A stretch of 64,000 nt of DNA from the human T2T-CHM13v2.0 reference genome, Homo sapiens, in the NCBI RefSeq assembly GCF_009914755.1, contig NC_060933.1; one strand, 5' to 3'. Positions 11,150 to 26,400 of this stretch are shown here, one piece after another (position 1 is the stretch's first letter; every line of letters begins with the position of its first letter). The notes under the pieces are model-generated. The model was not told where the DNA came from. It searched no databases and worked only from the letters and a program-made list of their open reading frames with translations. Made by a program: the position numbers and the translations under genes.

Positions 11150-14020
11150 AATGGAATGGAAAGGAATGGAATGGAATGGAATCAACTCGATTGCAATCGA
11201 ATGGAATGGAATGGAATTAACCCGAATAGAACGGAATGGAATGGAATGGAACGGAATGGAACCGAATGGAATGGAATGGAATGGTATGGAATGGAATGGA
11301 ATGGTACGGAATAGAATGGAATGGAACGAATTGTAATGGAATGGAATTGAATGGAATGGAATGGAATCAACGCAAGTGCAGGGGAATGTAATGGAACGGA
11401 ATGGAATGGAATGGAATCATCCGGAATGGAATGGAATGGAATGGAATGCAATGGAATGGAATCAACCCGAGTGCAATGGAATGGAGTGGAATGGAATGGA
11501 ATGGAATGCAAAAACCAGAATGGAATGGAATGTAATGGAGAGTAAGGGAGTTGAATAGAATCCATCCGAATGTAATGGAATGGAATGCAAAGGAATGGAA
11601 TGGAATGGAATGGAATGGAATGGAATGCAATGGAAAGGCATCAACCCGAGTACAATGGAATGGAATGGAATGGAATGGAATGGAATGGAATGGAATGCCT
11701 TCAAACCGAATGGAATGGAAAGGAAAGGAATCAACACGAGTGGAATGGAATGGAATGGAATGGAATGGAATGGAATGGAATGATACGGAATAGAATGGAA
11801 TGGAACGAAATGGAATGGAATGGAATGGAATGGAATGGAATGGAACGGAATGGAATGGAATGGAATGGAATCGTTCCGAGTGGAATAGGAGGGAATGTAT
11901 TCGAGTGGAATGGAAAGGAATGGAATCAACCAGAGTGGAATGGAAGGGAATGGAATGGAATGGTAACTAATAGAATGGAATCAACCCGAGTGGAATGGAA
12001 TGGAAAGGACTGGAATGGAATGGAATGGAATGGAATGGAATGGAATGGAATCAACTCGATTGTAATGGAATGGAATGGAATGGAATGGAATGGAATGGAA
12101 TGGAATTAACCCGAATACAATGGAATGGAATGGAATGGAACGTAATGGAGTGAAATGGAATGGAATCAACCCGAGTGGAGGGGAATTGAATGGAATGGAA
12201 TGCAATGGAATCAACTCGATTGCAATGGAATGTAATGGAATGGAAAGGAATACATTGGAATCAACCCGAGTGGAATGGAATGGAAAGGACTGGAATGGAG
12301 TGGAATGGAATGGAATGGAATGGAATCAACTCGATTGGAATGGAATGGAATGGAATGGAATGGAATGGAATTAACCCGAATAGAATGGAATGGAATGGAA
12401 TGGAAGGGAACGGAACGGAATGGAATGGAATGGAATGGAATGGAATGGAATGGAATGAATTCAACCCGACTGCAGGGGAATGGAATGGAATGGAATGCAA
12501 TGGAATGCATTCAACTTGAATGGAGTGGAAAGAATGGAATCAACACGAGTAGAATGGCATGGATTGGAATGGAATGGAATGGAATCAACCCGAGTACAGG
12601 GGAATGGAATGGAATGGAATGCAATGGAATGGAATCATCCGTAATGGAATGGAAAGGAATGGAATGGAATGGAATTAACCCGAATAGAATGGAATGGAAC
12701 GGAATGGAACGGAATGGAACGGAATGGAATGGAATGGAATGGAATGGAATGGAATGGTATGGAATGGAATGGAATGGTACGGAATAGAATGGAATGGAAC
12801 GAATTGTAATGGAATGGAATTGAATGGAATGGAATGGAATGGAATCAACGCGAGTGCAGGGGAATGTAATGCAACGGAATGCAATGGAATGGAATCATCC
12901 GGAATGGAATGGAATGGAATGGAATGGAATGGAATGGAATGGAATCAACCCGAGTGCAATGGAATGGAGTGGAATGGAATGGAATGGAATGGAACAACCC
13001 GAATGGAATGGAATGTAATGGAGAGTAAGGGAGTTGAATAGAATCAATCCGAATGTAATGGAATGGAATGCAACGGAATGGAATGGAATGGAATGGAATG
13101 GAATGCAATGGAATGGAATCAACCCGAGTACAATGGAATGGAATGGAATGGAATGGAATGGAATGGAATGGAATGGAATGAAATGGAATGATACGGAATA
13201 GAATGGAATGGAACGAAATGGAAAGGAATGGAATGGAATGGAATGGAATGGAATGGAATCGTTCCGAGTGGAATAGGAGGGAATGTATTCGAGTGGAATG
13301 GAAAGGAATGGAATCAACCAGAGTGGAATGGAAGGGAATGGAATGGAATGGAAACTAATAGAATGGAATCAACCCGAGTGGAATGGAATGGAAAGGACTG
13401 GAATGGAATGGAATGGAATGGAATCAACTCGATTGTAATGAAATGGAATGGAATGGAATGGAAAGGAATGGAATGGAGTGGAATGGAATGGAATCAACCC
13501 GAGTGCAGGGGAATGGAATGGAATGGAATGCAATGGAATGGAATCATCCGGAATGGAATGGAATGGAATGGAATGCAAAGCAATGGAATCTACTCGATTG
13601 CAATGGAATGGAATGGATTGGAAAGGAATACATTGGAATCAACCCGACTGGAATGGAATGGAAAGGACTGGAATGGAGTGGAATGGAATGGAATGGAATG
13701 GAATGGAATCAACTCGATTGGAATGGAATGGAATGGAATGGAATGGAATTAACCCGAATAGAATGGAATGGAATGGAATGGAATGGAACGGAATGTAATG
13801 TAATGGAATGGAATGGAATGGAATGGAATCAACTCGACTGCAGGGGAATGGAATGGAATGGAATGCAATGGAATGGATTCAACTTGAATGGAATGGAAAG
13901 AATGGAATCAACACGAGTGGAATGGCATGGATTGGAATGGAATGGAATGGAATGAACCCGAGTACAGGGTAATGGAACGGAATGGAAAGCAATGGAATGG
14001 AATCATCCGTAATGGAATGG
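11150..14020 (+). repeat. Older, diverged ~1.4-kb tandem pair
   Basis: The same module order occurs twice with offsets ~1.37-1.47 kb: GAACGAATTGTAAT (~11325/~12797), TCGTTCCGAG (11871/13259), AATACATTGG (~12249/~13627), CGACTGCAGG (~12467/~13835), CATCCGTAAT (~12636/~14004). The copies differ by many substitutions and indels. Confidence 0.65.
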
Positions 14021-17000
14021 AAAGGAATGGAATGGAATGGAATGGAATGGAATGGAATGGAATGGAATGGAATGGAATCAACTCGATTGCAATCGAATGG
14101 AATGGAATTGAATTAACCCGAATAGAATGGAATGGAATGGAATGGAACGGAACGGAACGGAATGGAATGGATTGGAATGGAATGGAATGGAATGGAATGG
14201 AATGGAACGGAAAGGAATGGAATGGAATGGAATGGAATGGAATGGAATGGAATGGAATGGAATGGAATAAACCCGAGTGCAATGGAATGGAGTGGAATGG
14301 AATGGAATGGAATGGAACAACCCGAATGGAATGGAATGGAATGGAGAGTAAGGGAGTTGAATAGAATCAATCCGAATGTAATGGAATGGAATGGAACGGA
14401 ATGGAATTGAATGGAATGGGATGGAATGCAATGGAATGGAATCAACCCGAGTGCAATGGAATGGAGAGGAATGGAATGGAATGGAATGTAAACTACCCGA
14501 ATGGAATGGAATGTAATGGAGTGTAAGGGAATTGAATAGAATCAATCCGAATGTAATGGAATGGAATGGAACGGGATGGAATGGAATGGAATGGAATGGA
14601 ATGGAATGGAATGGAATGCAATGGAATGGAATCAACCCGAGTGGAATGGCATGGAATGGAATGGAATGGAATGCAATGGAATGGAATCAACTCGAGTGGA
14701 AAGGAATGGAATGGAATGGAAAGGAATGGAATGAAATCAACTCGAGTGGAATGGAATGTGATGGAATGGATTGGAATGGATTGCAATGGAATGAAATGGA
14801 ATGGAATGGAATGGAATCAATCATTCCGAGTGGAATGGAAGGGAATGTAATGGAGTGGAAAGAAGGGAATGGAATCAACCCGATTGGAATGCAAGGCAAT
14901 GGAATGGAATGGAAAGGAATGGAATGGAATCAACTCGATTGCAATGAAATGGAATGGAATGGAATGGAAAGGAATGGAATTAACCGGAATAGAATGGAAT
15001 GCAATGGAATGGAACGGAATGGAATGGAATGGAAGGGAATGGAATCAACACGAGTGCAGGGGAATGGAATGGTAAGGAATGCAATTGAATGGAATCATCC
15101 GGAATGGAATGGAATGGAATGGAATCAACTCCATTGCAATGGAATGGAATGGAATGGAATGGAATAGAATGGAATGGAATTAACCCGAATAGAATGGAAT
15201 GCAATAGAATGGAATGGAACGGAACAGAATGGAGTGGAATGGAATGGAATGGAATCAACCTGAGTGCAGGGGAATGGAATGGAATGGAATGCAATGGAAT
15301 GCAATCTTCCGGAATGGAATGGAATGGAATGAAATGCAATGGATTCAACTCGATTGCAATGGAATGGAATGGAATAGAATGGAATGGAATGGAATGGAAT
15401 GGAATGGAATGGAATCGTTCCAAGTGGAATAGGAGGGAATGTATTCGAGTGGAATGGAAAGGAATGGAATCAACCAGAGTGGAATGGAAGGGAATGGAAT
15501 GGAATGGAAACTAATAGAATGGAATCAACCCGAGTGGAATGGAATGGAAAGGACTGGAATGGAATGGAATGGAATGGAATGGAATGGAATGGAATCAACT
15601 CGATTGTAATGGAATGGAATGGAATGGAATGGAATGGAATGGAATGGAATGCAATGGAATTAATCCGAATACAACGGAATGGAATGGAATGGAACTGAAT
15701 GGAGTGGAATGGAATGGAATCAACCCGAGTGCATGGTAATGGAATGCAATGGAATGCAATGGAAAGGAATCATCCGGAATGGAATGGAATGGAATGGAAT
15801 GCAAAGAAATGGAATCAACTCGATTGCAATGGAATGGAATGGAATGGAAAGGAATAGAATGGAATCAACCCGAGTGGAATGGAATGGAAAGGACTGGAAT
15901 TGAGTGGAATGGAATGGAATGGAATGGAATGGAATCAACTCGATTGGAATGGAATGGAATGGAATGGAATGGAATGGAATGGAATTAACCCGAATAGAAT
16001 GGAATGGAATGGAATGGAACGGAATGGAATGGAATGGAATGGAATGGAATGGAATGGAATGGAATGGAATCAACCCGACTGCAGGGGAATGGAATGGAAT
16101 GGAATGCAATGGAATGGAATCATCCGGAACGGAATGGAATGGAATGGAATGGAATCAACTCGATTGCAATGGAATGGAATGGAATGGAATGGAATCGAAT
16201 GGAATGGAATGGAATGGAATCAACTCGATTGCAATCGAATGGAATGGAATGGAATTAACCCGAATAGAATGGAATGGAATGGAATGGAAAGGAGCGGAAT
16301 GGAATGGAATGGAATGGAATGGAATGGAATGGAACGGAACGGAATGGAATGGAATGGAATGGAATGGAATGGAATGGAATCAACGCGAGTGCAGGGGAAT
16401 GGAATGGAATGGAATGGAATGGAATGAAATGCAATGGATTCAACTCGATTGCAATGGAATGGAATAGAATGGAATGGAATGGAATGGAATGGAATGGAAT
16501 TAACCCGAATAGAATGGAATGGAATGGAATGGAATGGTATGGAATTTAATGGAATGGAATCAACTCGATTGTAATGGAATGGAATGGAATGGAATGGAAT
16601 TAACCCGAATACAATCGAATGGAATGGAATGGAACGGAATGGAGTGGAATGGAATGGAATCAACCCGAGTGCAGGGGAATGGAATGGAATGGAATGCAAT
16701 GGAATGGAATCATCCGGAATGGAATGGAACGGAATGGAATGCAAAACAATGGAATCAACTCGATTGCAATGGAATGGGATGGAATGGAAAAGAAGAGAAT
16801 GGAATCAACCTGATTGGAATGGAATGGAAAGGACTGGAATGGAGTGGAATGGAATGGAACCGAATGGAATGGAATCAACTCGATTGGAATGGAGTGGAAT
16901 GGAATTTGAATGGAATGGAATGGAATGGAATGGAATTAACCCGAATAGAATGGAATGGAATGGAATGGACCGGAATGGAATGGAATGGAATGGAATGGAA

Positions 17001-18064
17001 TGGAATGGAATCAACCCGAGTGCAATGGAATGGAGTGGAATGGAATGGAATGGAATGGAACAACCCGAAGAGAATGGAATGTAATGGAGAGTAAGGGAGT
17101 TGAATAGAATCAATCCGATTGTAATGGAATGGAATGCAACGGAATGGAATGGAATGGAATGGAATGGAATGGAATGGAATGCAATGGAATGGAATGAACT
17201 CGAGTACAATGGAATGGAATGGAATGGAATGGAATGGAATGGAATAGAATGGAATGGAATTGAATGGAATGGAACGCCTTCAAACCGAATGGAATGGAAA
17301 GGAATGGAATCAACACGAGTGGAATGGAATGGAATGGAAAGGAATGGAATGGAATGGAATGGTACGGAATAGAATGGAATGGAACGAACTGGAATGGAAC
17401 GGAATGGAATGGAATGGAATGGAATCGTTCCGAGTGGAATAGGAGGGAATGTATTCGAGTGGAATAGAAAGGAATGGAATCAACCAGAGTGGAACGGAAG
17501 GGAATGGAATGGAATGGAAACTAATAGAATGGAATCAACCCGAGTGGAATGGAATGGAAAGGACTGGAATGGAATGGAATGGAATGGAATGGAATGGAAT
17601 CAACTCGATTGGAATGGAATGGAATGGAATGGAATGGAATTTAATGGAATGGAATTAACCCGAATACAATGGAATGGAATGGAATGGAACGGAACGGAGT
17701 GGAATGGAATGGAATCAACCCGAGTGCAGGGGAATGGATTGGAATGGAATGCAATGGAATGGAATCATCCGGAATGGAATGGAATGGAATGGAATGCAAA
17801 GCAATGGAATCAACTCGATTGCAATGGAATGGAATGGAATGGAAAGGAATAGAATGGAATCAACCCGAGTGTAATGGAATGGAAAGGACTGGAATGGAGT
17901 GGAATGGAATGGAATGGAATGGAATGGAATCAACTCGATTGGAATGTAATGGAATGGAATGGAATGGAATGGAATTAACCCGAATAGAATAGAATGGAAT
18001 GGAATGGAATCAACTCGATTGCAATGGAATGGAATGGAATGGAATGGAATCGAATGGAATGGAA

Positions 18065-21000
18065 TGGAATTAACCGGAATAGAATTGAATGGAATGGAAT
18101 GGAACGGAATGGAATGGAATGGAATGGAATGGAATGGAATGGAATGGAAAGGAATCAACCCGAGTGCAGGGGAATGGAATGGAATGGAATGCAATGGAAT
18201 GGAATCATCCGGAATGGAATGGAATGGAATGGAATGCAATCAACCTGATATAATGGAATGGAGTGGAATGGAATGGAATGGAATTAACCCAAATAGAATG
18301 GAATGGAATGGAATGGAACGGAATGGAATGGAATGGAATGGAATGGAATGGAATCAACCCGACTGCAGGGGAATGGAATGGAATGGAATGCAATGGAATG
18401 GAATCATCCGGAACGGAAAGGAATGGAATGGAATGCAATCAACTCGATTGCAGTGGAATGGAATGGAATGGAATGCAATCGAATGGAATGGAATGGAATT
18501 AACCAGAATAGAAAGGAATGGAATGGAATGGAAAGGAATGGAAGGGAATGGAATGGAATGTAATCAACCCGAGTGCAGGGGAATGGAATAGAATGGAATG
18601 CAATGGAATGGAATCATCCGGAATGGAATGGAATGGAATGGAATGCAATCAACCTGATGCAATGGAATGGAGTGGAATGGAATGGAATGGAATGGAAACA
18701 TCCCGAATGCAATGGAATGTAATGGAGTGTAAGGGAATTGAATAGAATCAATCTGAATGTAATGGAATGGAATGGGATGAAATGGAATGGAATGGAATGG
18801 AATGGAATCAACCCGAGTGCAATGGAATGGATTCGAATGGAATGGAATGGAATGGAATGGATTCAACAAGAATGGAATGGAAAGGAATGGAATCACCCCG
18901 AGTGTAATGGCATGGAATGGAACGGAATGGAATGGGAAAGAATGGAATGGTACGGATTAGAATGGAATGGAATGGAATGGAATGGAATGGAATGGAATGG
19001 AATGAACCCGTGTGCAATGGAATCGATTGGAATGGAATGGAATGGATTCAACTCGAATGGAATCAACTCAATTGCAATGGAATGGAATGGAATGGAAAGG
19101 AATAGAATGGAATCAACTCGAGTGGAATTGAATGGAATGGAATTAACCCGAATAGAATGGAATGGAACGGAATGTAATGGAATGGAATGGAATGGAATCA
19201 ATCCGAGTGCAGGGGAATGGAATGGAATGGAATGCAATGGAATGGAATGATCCGGAATGGAATCAACTCGATTGCAATGGAATGGAATGGAATTGAATTA
19301 ACCCGAATAGAATGGAATGGAATGGAATGGAACGGAACGGAATGGAATGGAATGGAATGGAATGGAATGGAACGAAAAGGAATGGAATCAACCCGAGTGG
19401 AAAGGACTGGAATGGAGTGGAATGGAATGGAATGGAATGGAATGGAATGGAATCAACTCGATTGGAATGTAATGGAATGCAATGGAATGGAATTAACCCG
19501 AATAGAATGGAATGGAATGGAATGGAACGGAATGGAATGGAATGGAATGGAATGGAATGGAATGGAATCAACCCGACTGCAGGGGAATGGAATGGAATGG
19601 AATGGAATGCAATGGAATGGATTCAACTTGAATGGAATGGAAAGAATGGAATCAACACGAGTGGAATGGCATGGATTGGAATGGAATGGAATGGAATCAA
19701 CCCGAGTACAGGAAAATGGAATGGAATGGAATGCAATGGAATGGAATCATCCGTAATGGAATGGAAAGGAATGGAATGGAATAAAATGGAATGGAATGCA
19801 ATGGAATCAACTCGATTGCAAAGGAATGGAATGGAATTGAATTAACCCGAATAGAATGGAATGGAATGGAATGGAACGGAACGGAATGGAATGGAATGGA
19901 ATGGAATGGAATTAACCGGAATAGAATTGAATGGAATGGAATGGAACGGAATGGAATGGAATGGAATGGAATGGAATGGAATGGAATGGAAAGGAATCAA
20001 CCCGAGTGCAGGGGAATGGAATGGAATGGAATGCAATGGAATGGAATCATCCGGAATGGAATGGAATGGAATGGAATGCAATCAACCTGATATAATGGAA
20101 TGGAGTGGAATGGAATGGAATGGAATTAACCCAAATAGAATGGAATGGAATGGAATGGAACGGAATGGAATGGAATGGAATGGAATGGAATGGAATCAAC
20201 CCGACTGCAGGGGAATGGAATGGAATGGAATGCAATGGAATGGAATCATCCGGAACGGAAAGGAATGGAATGGAATGCAATCAACTCGATTGCAGTGGAA
20301 TGGAATGGAATGGAATGCAATCGAATGGAATGGAATGGAATTAACCAGAATAGAAAGGAATGGAATAGAATGGAAAGGAATGGAAGGGAATGGAATGGAA
20401 TGTAATCAACCCGAGTGCAGGGGAATGGAATAGAATGGAATGCAATGGAATGGAATCATCCGGAATGGAATGGAATGGAATGGAATGCAATCAACCTGAT
20501 GCAATGGAATGGAGTGGAATGGAATGGAATGGAATGGAAACATCCCGAATGCAATGGAATGTAATGGAGTGTAAGGGAATTGAATAGAATCAATCTGAAT
20601 GTAATGGAATGGAATGGGATGAAATGGAATGGAATGGAATGGAATGGAATCAACCCGAGTGCAATGGAATGGATTCGAATGGAATGGAATGGAATGGAAT
20701 GGATTCAACAAGAATGGAATGGAAAGGAATGGAATCACCCCGAGTGTAATGGCATGGAATGGAACGGAATGGAATGGGAAAGAATGGAATGGTACGGATT
20801 AGAATGGAATGGAATGGAATGGAATGGAATGGAATGGAATGGAATGGAATGAACCCGTGTGCAATGGAATCGATTGGAATGGAATGGAATGGATTCAACT
20901 CGAATGGAATCAACTCAATTGCAATGGAATGGAATGGAATGGAAAGGAATAGAATGGAATCAACTCGAGTTTAATGGAATGGAATGGAATTAACCCGAAT

Positions 21001-21760
21001 AGAATGGAATGGAACGGAATGTAATGGAATGGAATGGAATGGAATCAATCCGAGTGCAGGGGAATGGAATGGAATGGAATGCAATGGAATGGAATGATCC
21101 GGAATGGAATCAACTCGATTGCAATGGAATGGAATAGAATTGAATTAACCCGAATAGAATGGAATGGAATGGAATGGAACGGAACGGAATGGAATGGAAT
21201 GGAATGGAATGGAATGGAATGGAACGAAAAGGAATGGAATCAACCCGACTGGAAAGGACTGGAATGGAGTGGAATGGAATGGAATGGAATGGAATGGAAT
21301 GGAATGGAATCAACTCGATTGGAATGTAATGGAATGCAATGGAATGGAATTAACCCGAATAGAATGGAATGGAATGGAATGGAACGGAATGGAATGGAAT
21401 GGAATGGAATGGAATGGAATGGAATCAACCCGACTGCAGGGGAATGGAATGGAATGGAATGGAATGCAATGGAATGGATTCAACTTGAATGGAATGGAAA
21501 GAATGGAATCAACACGAGTGGAATGGCATGGATTGGAATGGAATGGAATGGAATCAACCCGAGTACAGGAAAATGGAATGGAATGGAATGCAATGGAATG
21601 GAATCATCCGTAATGGAATGGAAAGGAATGGAATGGAATAAAATGGAATGGAATGCAATGGAATCAACTCGATTGCAAAGGAATGGAATGGAATTGAATT
21701 AACCCGAATAGAATGGAATGGAATGGAATGGAACGGAACGGAACGGAATGGAATGGAATG
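18065..21760 (+). repeat. ~1.84-1.86-kb recent tandem duplication (copies ~18065-19906 and ~19907-21760), followed by a partial third copy to ~22050
   Basis: CAACCTGATATAAT at 18241/20083 (offset 1842), ATCACCCCGAG ~18892/~20734, GGGAAAGAAT ~18934/~20776, ACAGGAAAAT ~19708/~21565. GAACGGAAAGG...TTGCAGTGG occurs at ~18411, ~20253 and ~21841. Confidence 0.92.
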
Positions 21761-22828
21761 GAATGGAATGGAATGGAATGGAATCAACCCGACTGCAGGG
21801 GAATGGAATGGAATGGAATGCAATGGAATGGAATCATCCGGAACGGAAAGGAATGGAATGGAATGCAATCAACTTGATTGCAGTGGAATGGAATGGAATG
21901 GAATGCAATCGAATGGAATGGAATGGAATTAACCAGAATAGAAAGGAATGGAATGGAATGGAAAGGAATGGAAGGGAATGGAATGGAATGTAATCAACCC
22001 GAGTGCAGGGGAATGGAATAGAATGGAATGCAATGGAATGGAATCATCCGGTATGGAATGGAATGGAATGGAATGGAATAGAATGGAAAGGAATCAACTC
22101 GACTTCAATGGAATGGAATGGAATAGAATGGAATGGAATTAACACGAATGGAATGGAATGGAATGGAATGGAATGGAATGGAATGGAACAGAAAGGAATG
22201 GAATGGAATGGAATGGAATCAACCCAAGTGCAGGGGAATGGAATGGAATGGAATTCTATGGAATGGAATCATCAGAATGGAATGGAATGGAATGGAATGG
22301 AATGGAATGGAATGGAATGAACCCGAGTGCAATGGAATGGAGAGGAATGGAATGGAATGGAATGGAAACTACCCGATTGTATTGTAATGTAATGCAGTGT
22401 AAGGGAATTGAATAGAATGAATCCGAATGGAATGGAATGTAATGGAAAGGAATGGAATGGAATGGAATGGAATGGAATGGAATGGAATGGATTGGAATGG
22501 AATCAACTCGATTGCAATCGAATGGAATGGAATGGAATTAACCCGAATAGAATGGAATGGAATGGAATGGAATGGAATGGAATGGAATGAATTGTAATTA
22601 ACCCGCATAGAATGGAATGGAATGGAATGGAACGGAACGGAACGGAATGGAACGGAAAAGAATGGAATGCAATGGAATGGAATGGAATTGTATGGAATGG
22701 AATGGAATGGTACGGAATAGAATGGAATGGAAAGAATTGGAATGGAATGGAATCGAATGGAATGGAATGGAATGGAATTGAATCAACCGGAGTGCAGGGG
22801 AATGTAATGGAACGGAATGCAATGGAAT

Positions 22829-23460
22829 GGAATCTTCCGGAATGGAATGGAATGGAATGGAATGGAATGAAATGCAATGGATTCAACTCGATTGCAATCG
22901 AATGGAATGGAATGGAATTAACCCGAATAGAATGGAATGGAATGGAATGGAACGGAACGGAACGGAACGGAATGGAATGGAATGGAATGGAATGGAATGG
23001 AATGGAACGGAGAGGAATGGAATGGAATGGAATGGAATGGAATCAACGCGAGTGCAGGGCAATGGAATGGAATGGAATGCAATGTAATGGAATCTTCCGG
23101 AATGGAATGGAATGGAATGGAATGGAATGAAATGCAATGGATTCAACTCGATTGCAATGGAATGGAATAGAATGGAATGGAATTAACCCGAATAGAATGG
23201 AATGGAATGGAATGGAACGGAACGGAACGGAATGGAATTGAATGGAATGGAATGGAATGGAACGGAACGGAACGGAATGGAATGGAATGGAATGGAATGG
23301 AATCAACGCGAGTGCAGGGGAATGGAATGGAATGGAATGCAATGGAATGCAATCTTCCGGAATGGAATGGAAGGGAATGGAATGGAATGAAATGCAATGG
23401 ATTCAACTCGATTGCAATGGAATGGAATAGAATGGAATGGAATGGAATTAACCCGAATAG
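22829..23460 (+). repeat. 260-bp local tandem triplication (about 2.4 units)
   Basis: AATCTTCCGG at 22831, 23091, 23351 and ATTCAACTCG at 22881, 23141, 23401, exactly 260 bp apart. Confidence 0.85.
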
Positions 23461-26400
23461 AATGGAATGGAATGGAATGGAACGGAACAGAACGGAATGG
23501 AATGGAATGGAATGGAATGGTATGGAATGGAATGGAATGGTACGGAATAGAATGGAATGGAACGAATTGTAATGGAATGGAATTGAATGGAATGGAATGG
23601 AATGGAATGGAATCAACGCGAGTGAAGGGGAATGTAATGGAACGGAATGCAATGGAATGCAATCATCCGGAATGGAATGGAATGGAATGGAATGGAATGG
23701 AATTAACCCGATTGCAACGGAATGGACTGGAATGGAATGGAATGGAATGGAACAACCCGAATGGAATGGAATGTAATGGAGAGTAAGGGAGTTGAATAGA
23801 ATCAATCCGAATGTAATGGAATGGAATGCAACGGAATGGAATGGAATCGAATGGAATGGAATGCAATGGAATGGAATCAACCCGAGTACAATGAAATGGA
23901 ATGGAATGGAATGGAATGGAATGGAATGGAAAGGAATGGAATGCCTTCAAACTGAATGGAATGGAAAGGAATGGAATCAACACGAGTGGAATGGAATGGA
24001 ATGGAATGGAATGGAATGGAATGGAATGGTACGGAATAGAATGGAATGGAACGAAATGGAATGGAATGGAATGGAATGGAATGGAATGGAATGGAATCGT
24101 TCCGAGTGGAATAGGAGGGAATGTATTCGAGTGGAATGGAAAGGAATGGAATCAACCAGAGTGGAATGGAAGGGAATGGAATGGAATGGAAACTAATAGA
24201 ATGGAATCAACCCGAGTGGAATGGAATGGAAAGGACTGGAATGGAATGGAATGGAATGGAATGGAATCAACTCGATTTTAATGGAATGGAATGGAATGGA
24301 ATGGAATGGAATGGAATGGAATGCAATGGAATGGAACGGAATGGAATGCAATGGAATTAACCCGAATACAATGGAATGGAATGGAATGGAACGGAATGGA
24401 GTGGAATGGAATGGAATCAACCCGAGTGCAGGGTAATGGAATGCAATGGAATGCAATGGAAAGGAATCATCCGGAATGGAATGGAATGGAATGGAATGCA
24501 AAGAAATGGAATCAACTCGATTGCAATGGAATCGAATCGAATGGAAAGGAATAGAATGGAATCAACCCGAGTGGAATGGAATAGAAAGGACTGGAATTGA
24601 GTGGAATGGAATGGAATGGAATGGAATGCAATCAACTCGATTGGAATCGAATGGAATGGAATGGAATGGAATGGAATTAACCCGAATAGAATGGAATGGA
24701 ATGGAATGGAACGGAATGGAATGGAATGGAATGGAATGGAATGGAATGGAATGGAATCAACCCGACTGCAGGGGAATTGAATGGAATGGAATGCAATGGA
24801 ATGGAATCATCCGGAACGGAATGGAATGGAATGGAATGGAATCAACTCGATTGCAATGGAATGGAATGGAATGGAATGGAATGGAATGGAATGGAATGGA
24901 ATTAATCCGAATAGAATGGAATCAACGCGAGTGGAATGGAATGGAAAGGTCTGGAATTGAGGGGAATGGAATGGAATGGAATGGGATGCAATCAACTCGA
25001 TTGGAATGGAATGGAATGGAATGGAATGGAATGGAATGGAATGGAATGGAATTAACCCGAATAGAATTGAATGGAATGGAATGGAACGGAACGGAACGGA
25101 ATGGAATGGAATGGAATGGAATGGAATGGAATCAACCCGACTGCAGGGGAATGGAATGGAATGGAATGGAATGGAATGGAATCATCCGGAACGGAATGGA
25201 ATGGAATGGAATGGAATAAACTCGATTGCAATGGAATGGAATGGAATGGAATGGAATCGAATGGAATGGAATGGAATTAACCCGAATGGAATGGAATGGA
25301 ATGGAATGGAAAGGAATGGAAGGGAATGGAATGGAATGTAATCAACCCGAGTGCAGGGGAATGGAATAGAATGGAATGCAATGGAATGGAATCATCCGGA
25401 ATGGAATGGAATGGAATGGAATGCAATCAAACTGATGCAATGGAATGGAGTGGAATGGAATGGAATGGAATGGAAACATCCCGAATGGAATGGAATGTAA
25501 TGGAGTGTAAGGGAATTGAATACATTCAATCCGAATGTAATGGAATGGAATGGGATGAAATGGAATTGAATGGAATGGAATGGAATCAACCCGAGTGCAA
25601 TGGAATGGATTCGAATGGAATGGAATGGAATGGAATCTATTCAACAACAATGGAATGGAAAGGAATGGAATCAACCCGAGTGTAATGGCATGGAATGGAA
25701 CGGAATGGAATGGGATGGAATGGAATGGTACGGATTAGAATGGAATGGAATGAAATGGAATGGAATGGAATGGAATGAACCCGTGTGCAATGGAATGGAA
25801 TGGAATGGAATGGAATGGATTCAACTCGAATGGAATCAACTCGATTGCAATGGAATGGAATGGAATGGAAAGGAATAGAATGGAATCAACCCGAGTGGAA
25901 TGGAATGGAAAAGACTGGAATGGAGTGGAATGGAATGGAATGGAATTAACCCGAATAGAATGGAATGGAACGGAATGGAATGCAATGTAATGCAATGGAA
26001 TGGAATGGAATCAATCCGAGTGCAGGGGAATGGAATGGAATGGAATGCAATGGAATGGAATGACCCGGAATGGAATGGAATGGAATGGAATGGAATAGAA
26101 TGGAAAAGAATCAACTCGATTTCAATGGAATGGAATGGAATAGAATGGAATGGAATTAACACGAATGGAATGGAATGGAATGGAATGGAATGGAATGGAA
26201 CAGAAAGGAATGGAATGGAATGGAATGGAATCAACCCAAGTGCAGGGGAATGGAATGGAATGGAATTCTATGGAATGGAATCATCAGAATGGAATGGAAT
26301 GGAATGGAATGGAATGGAATGAACCCGAGTGCAATCTAATGGAGAGGAATGGAATGGAATGTAATGGAAACTACCCGATTGTATTGTAATGTAATGCAGT

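Noticed and set aside
20962-20971. Short palindromes such as AACTCGAGTT, ACTCGAGT and AATCGATT
   Set aside because: At 8-10 bp they are too short for stable hairpins or terminators, and they are simple point variants of the decamer.
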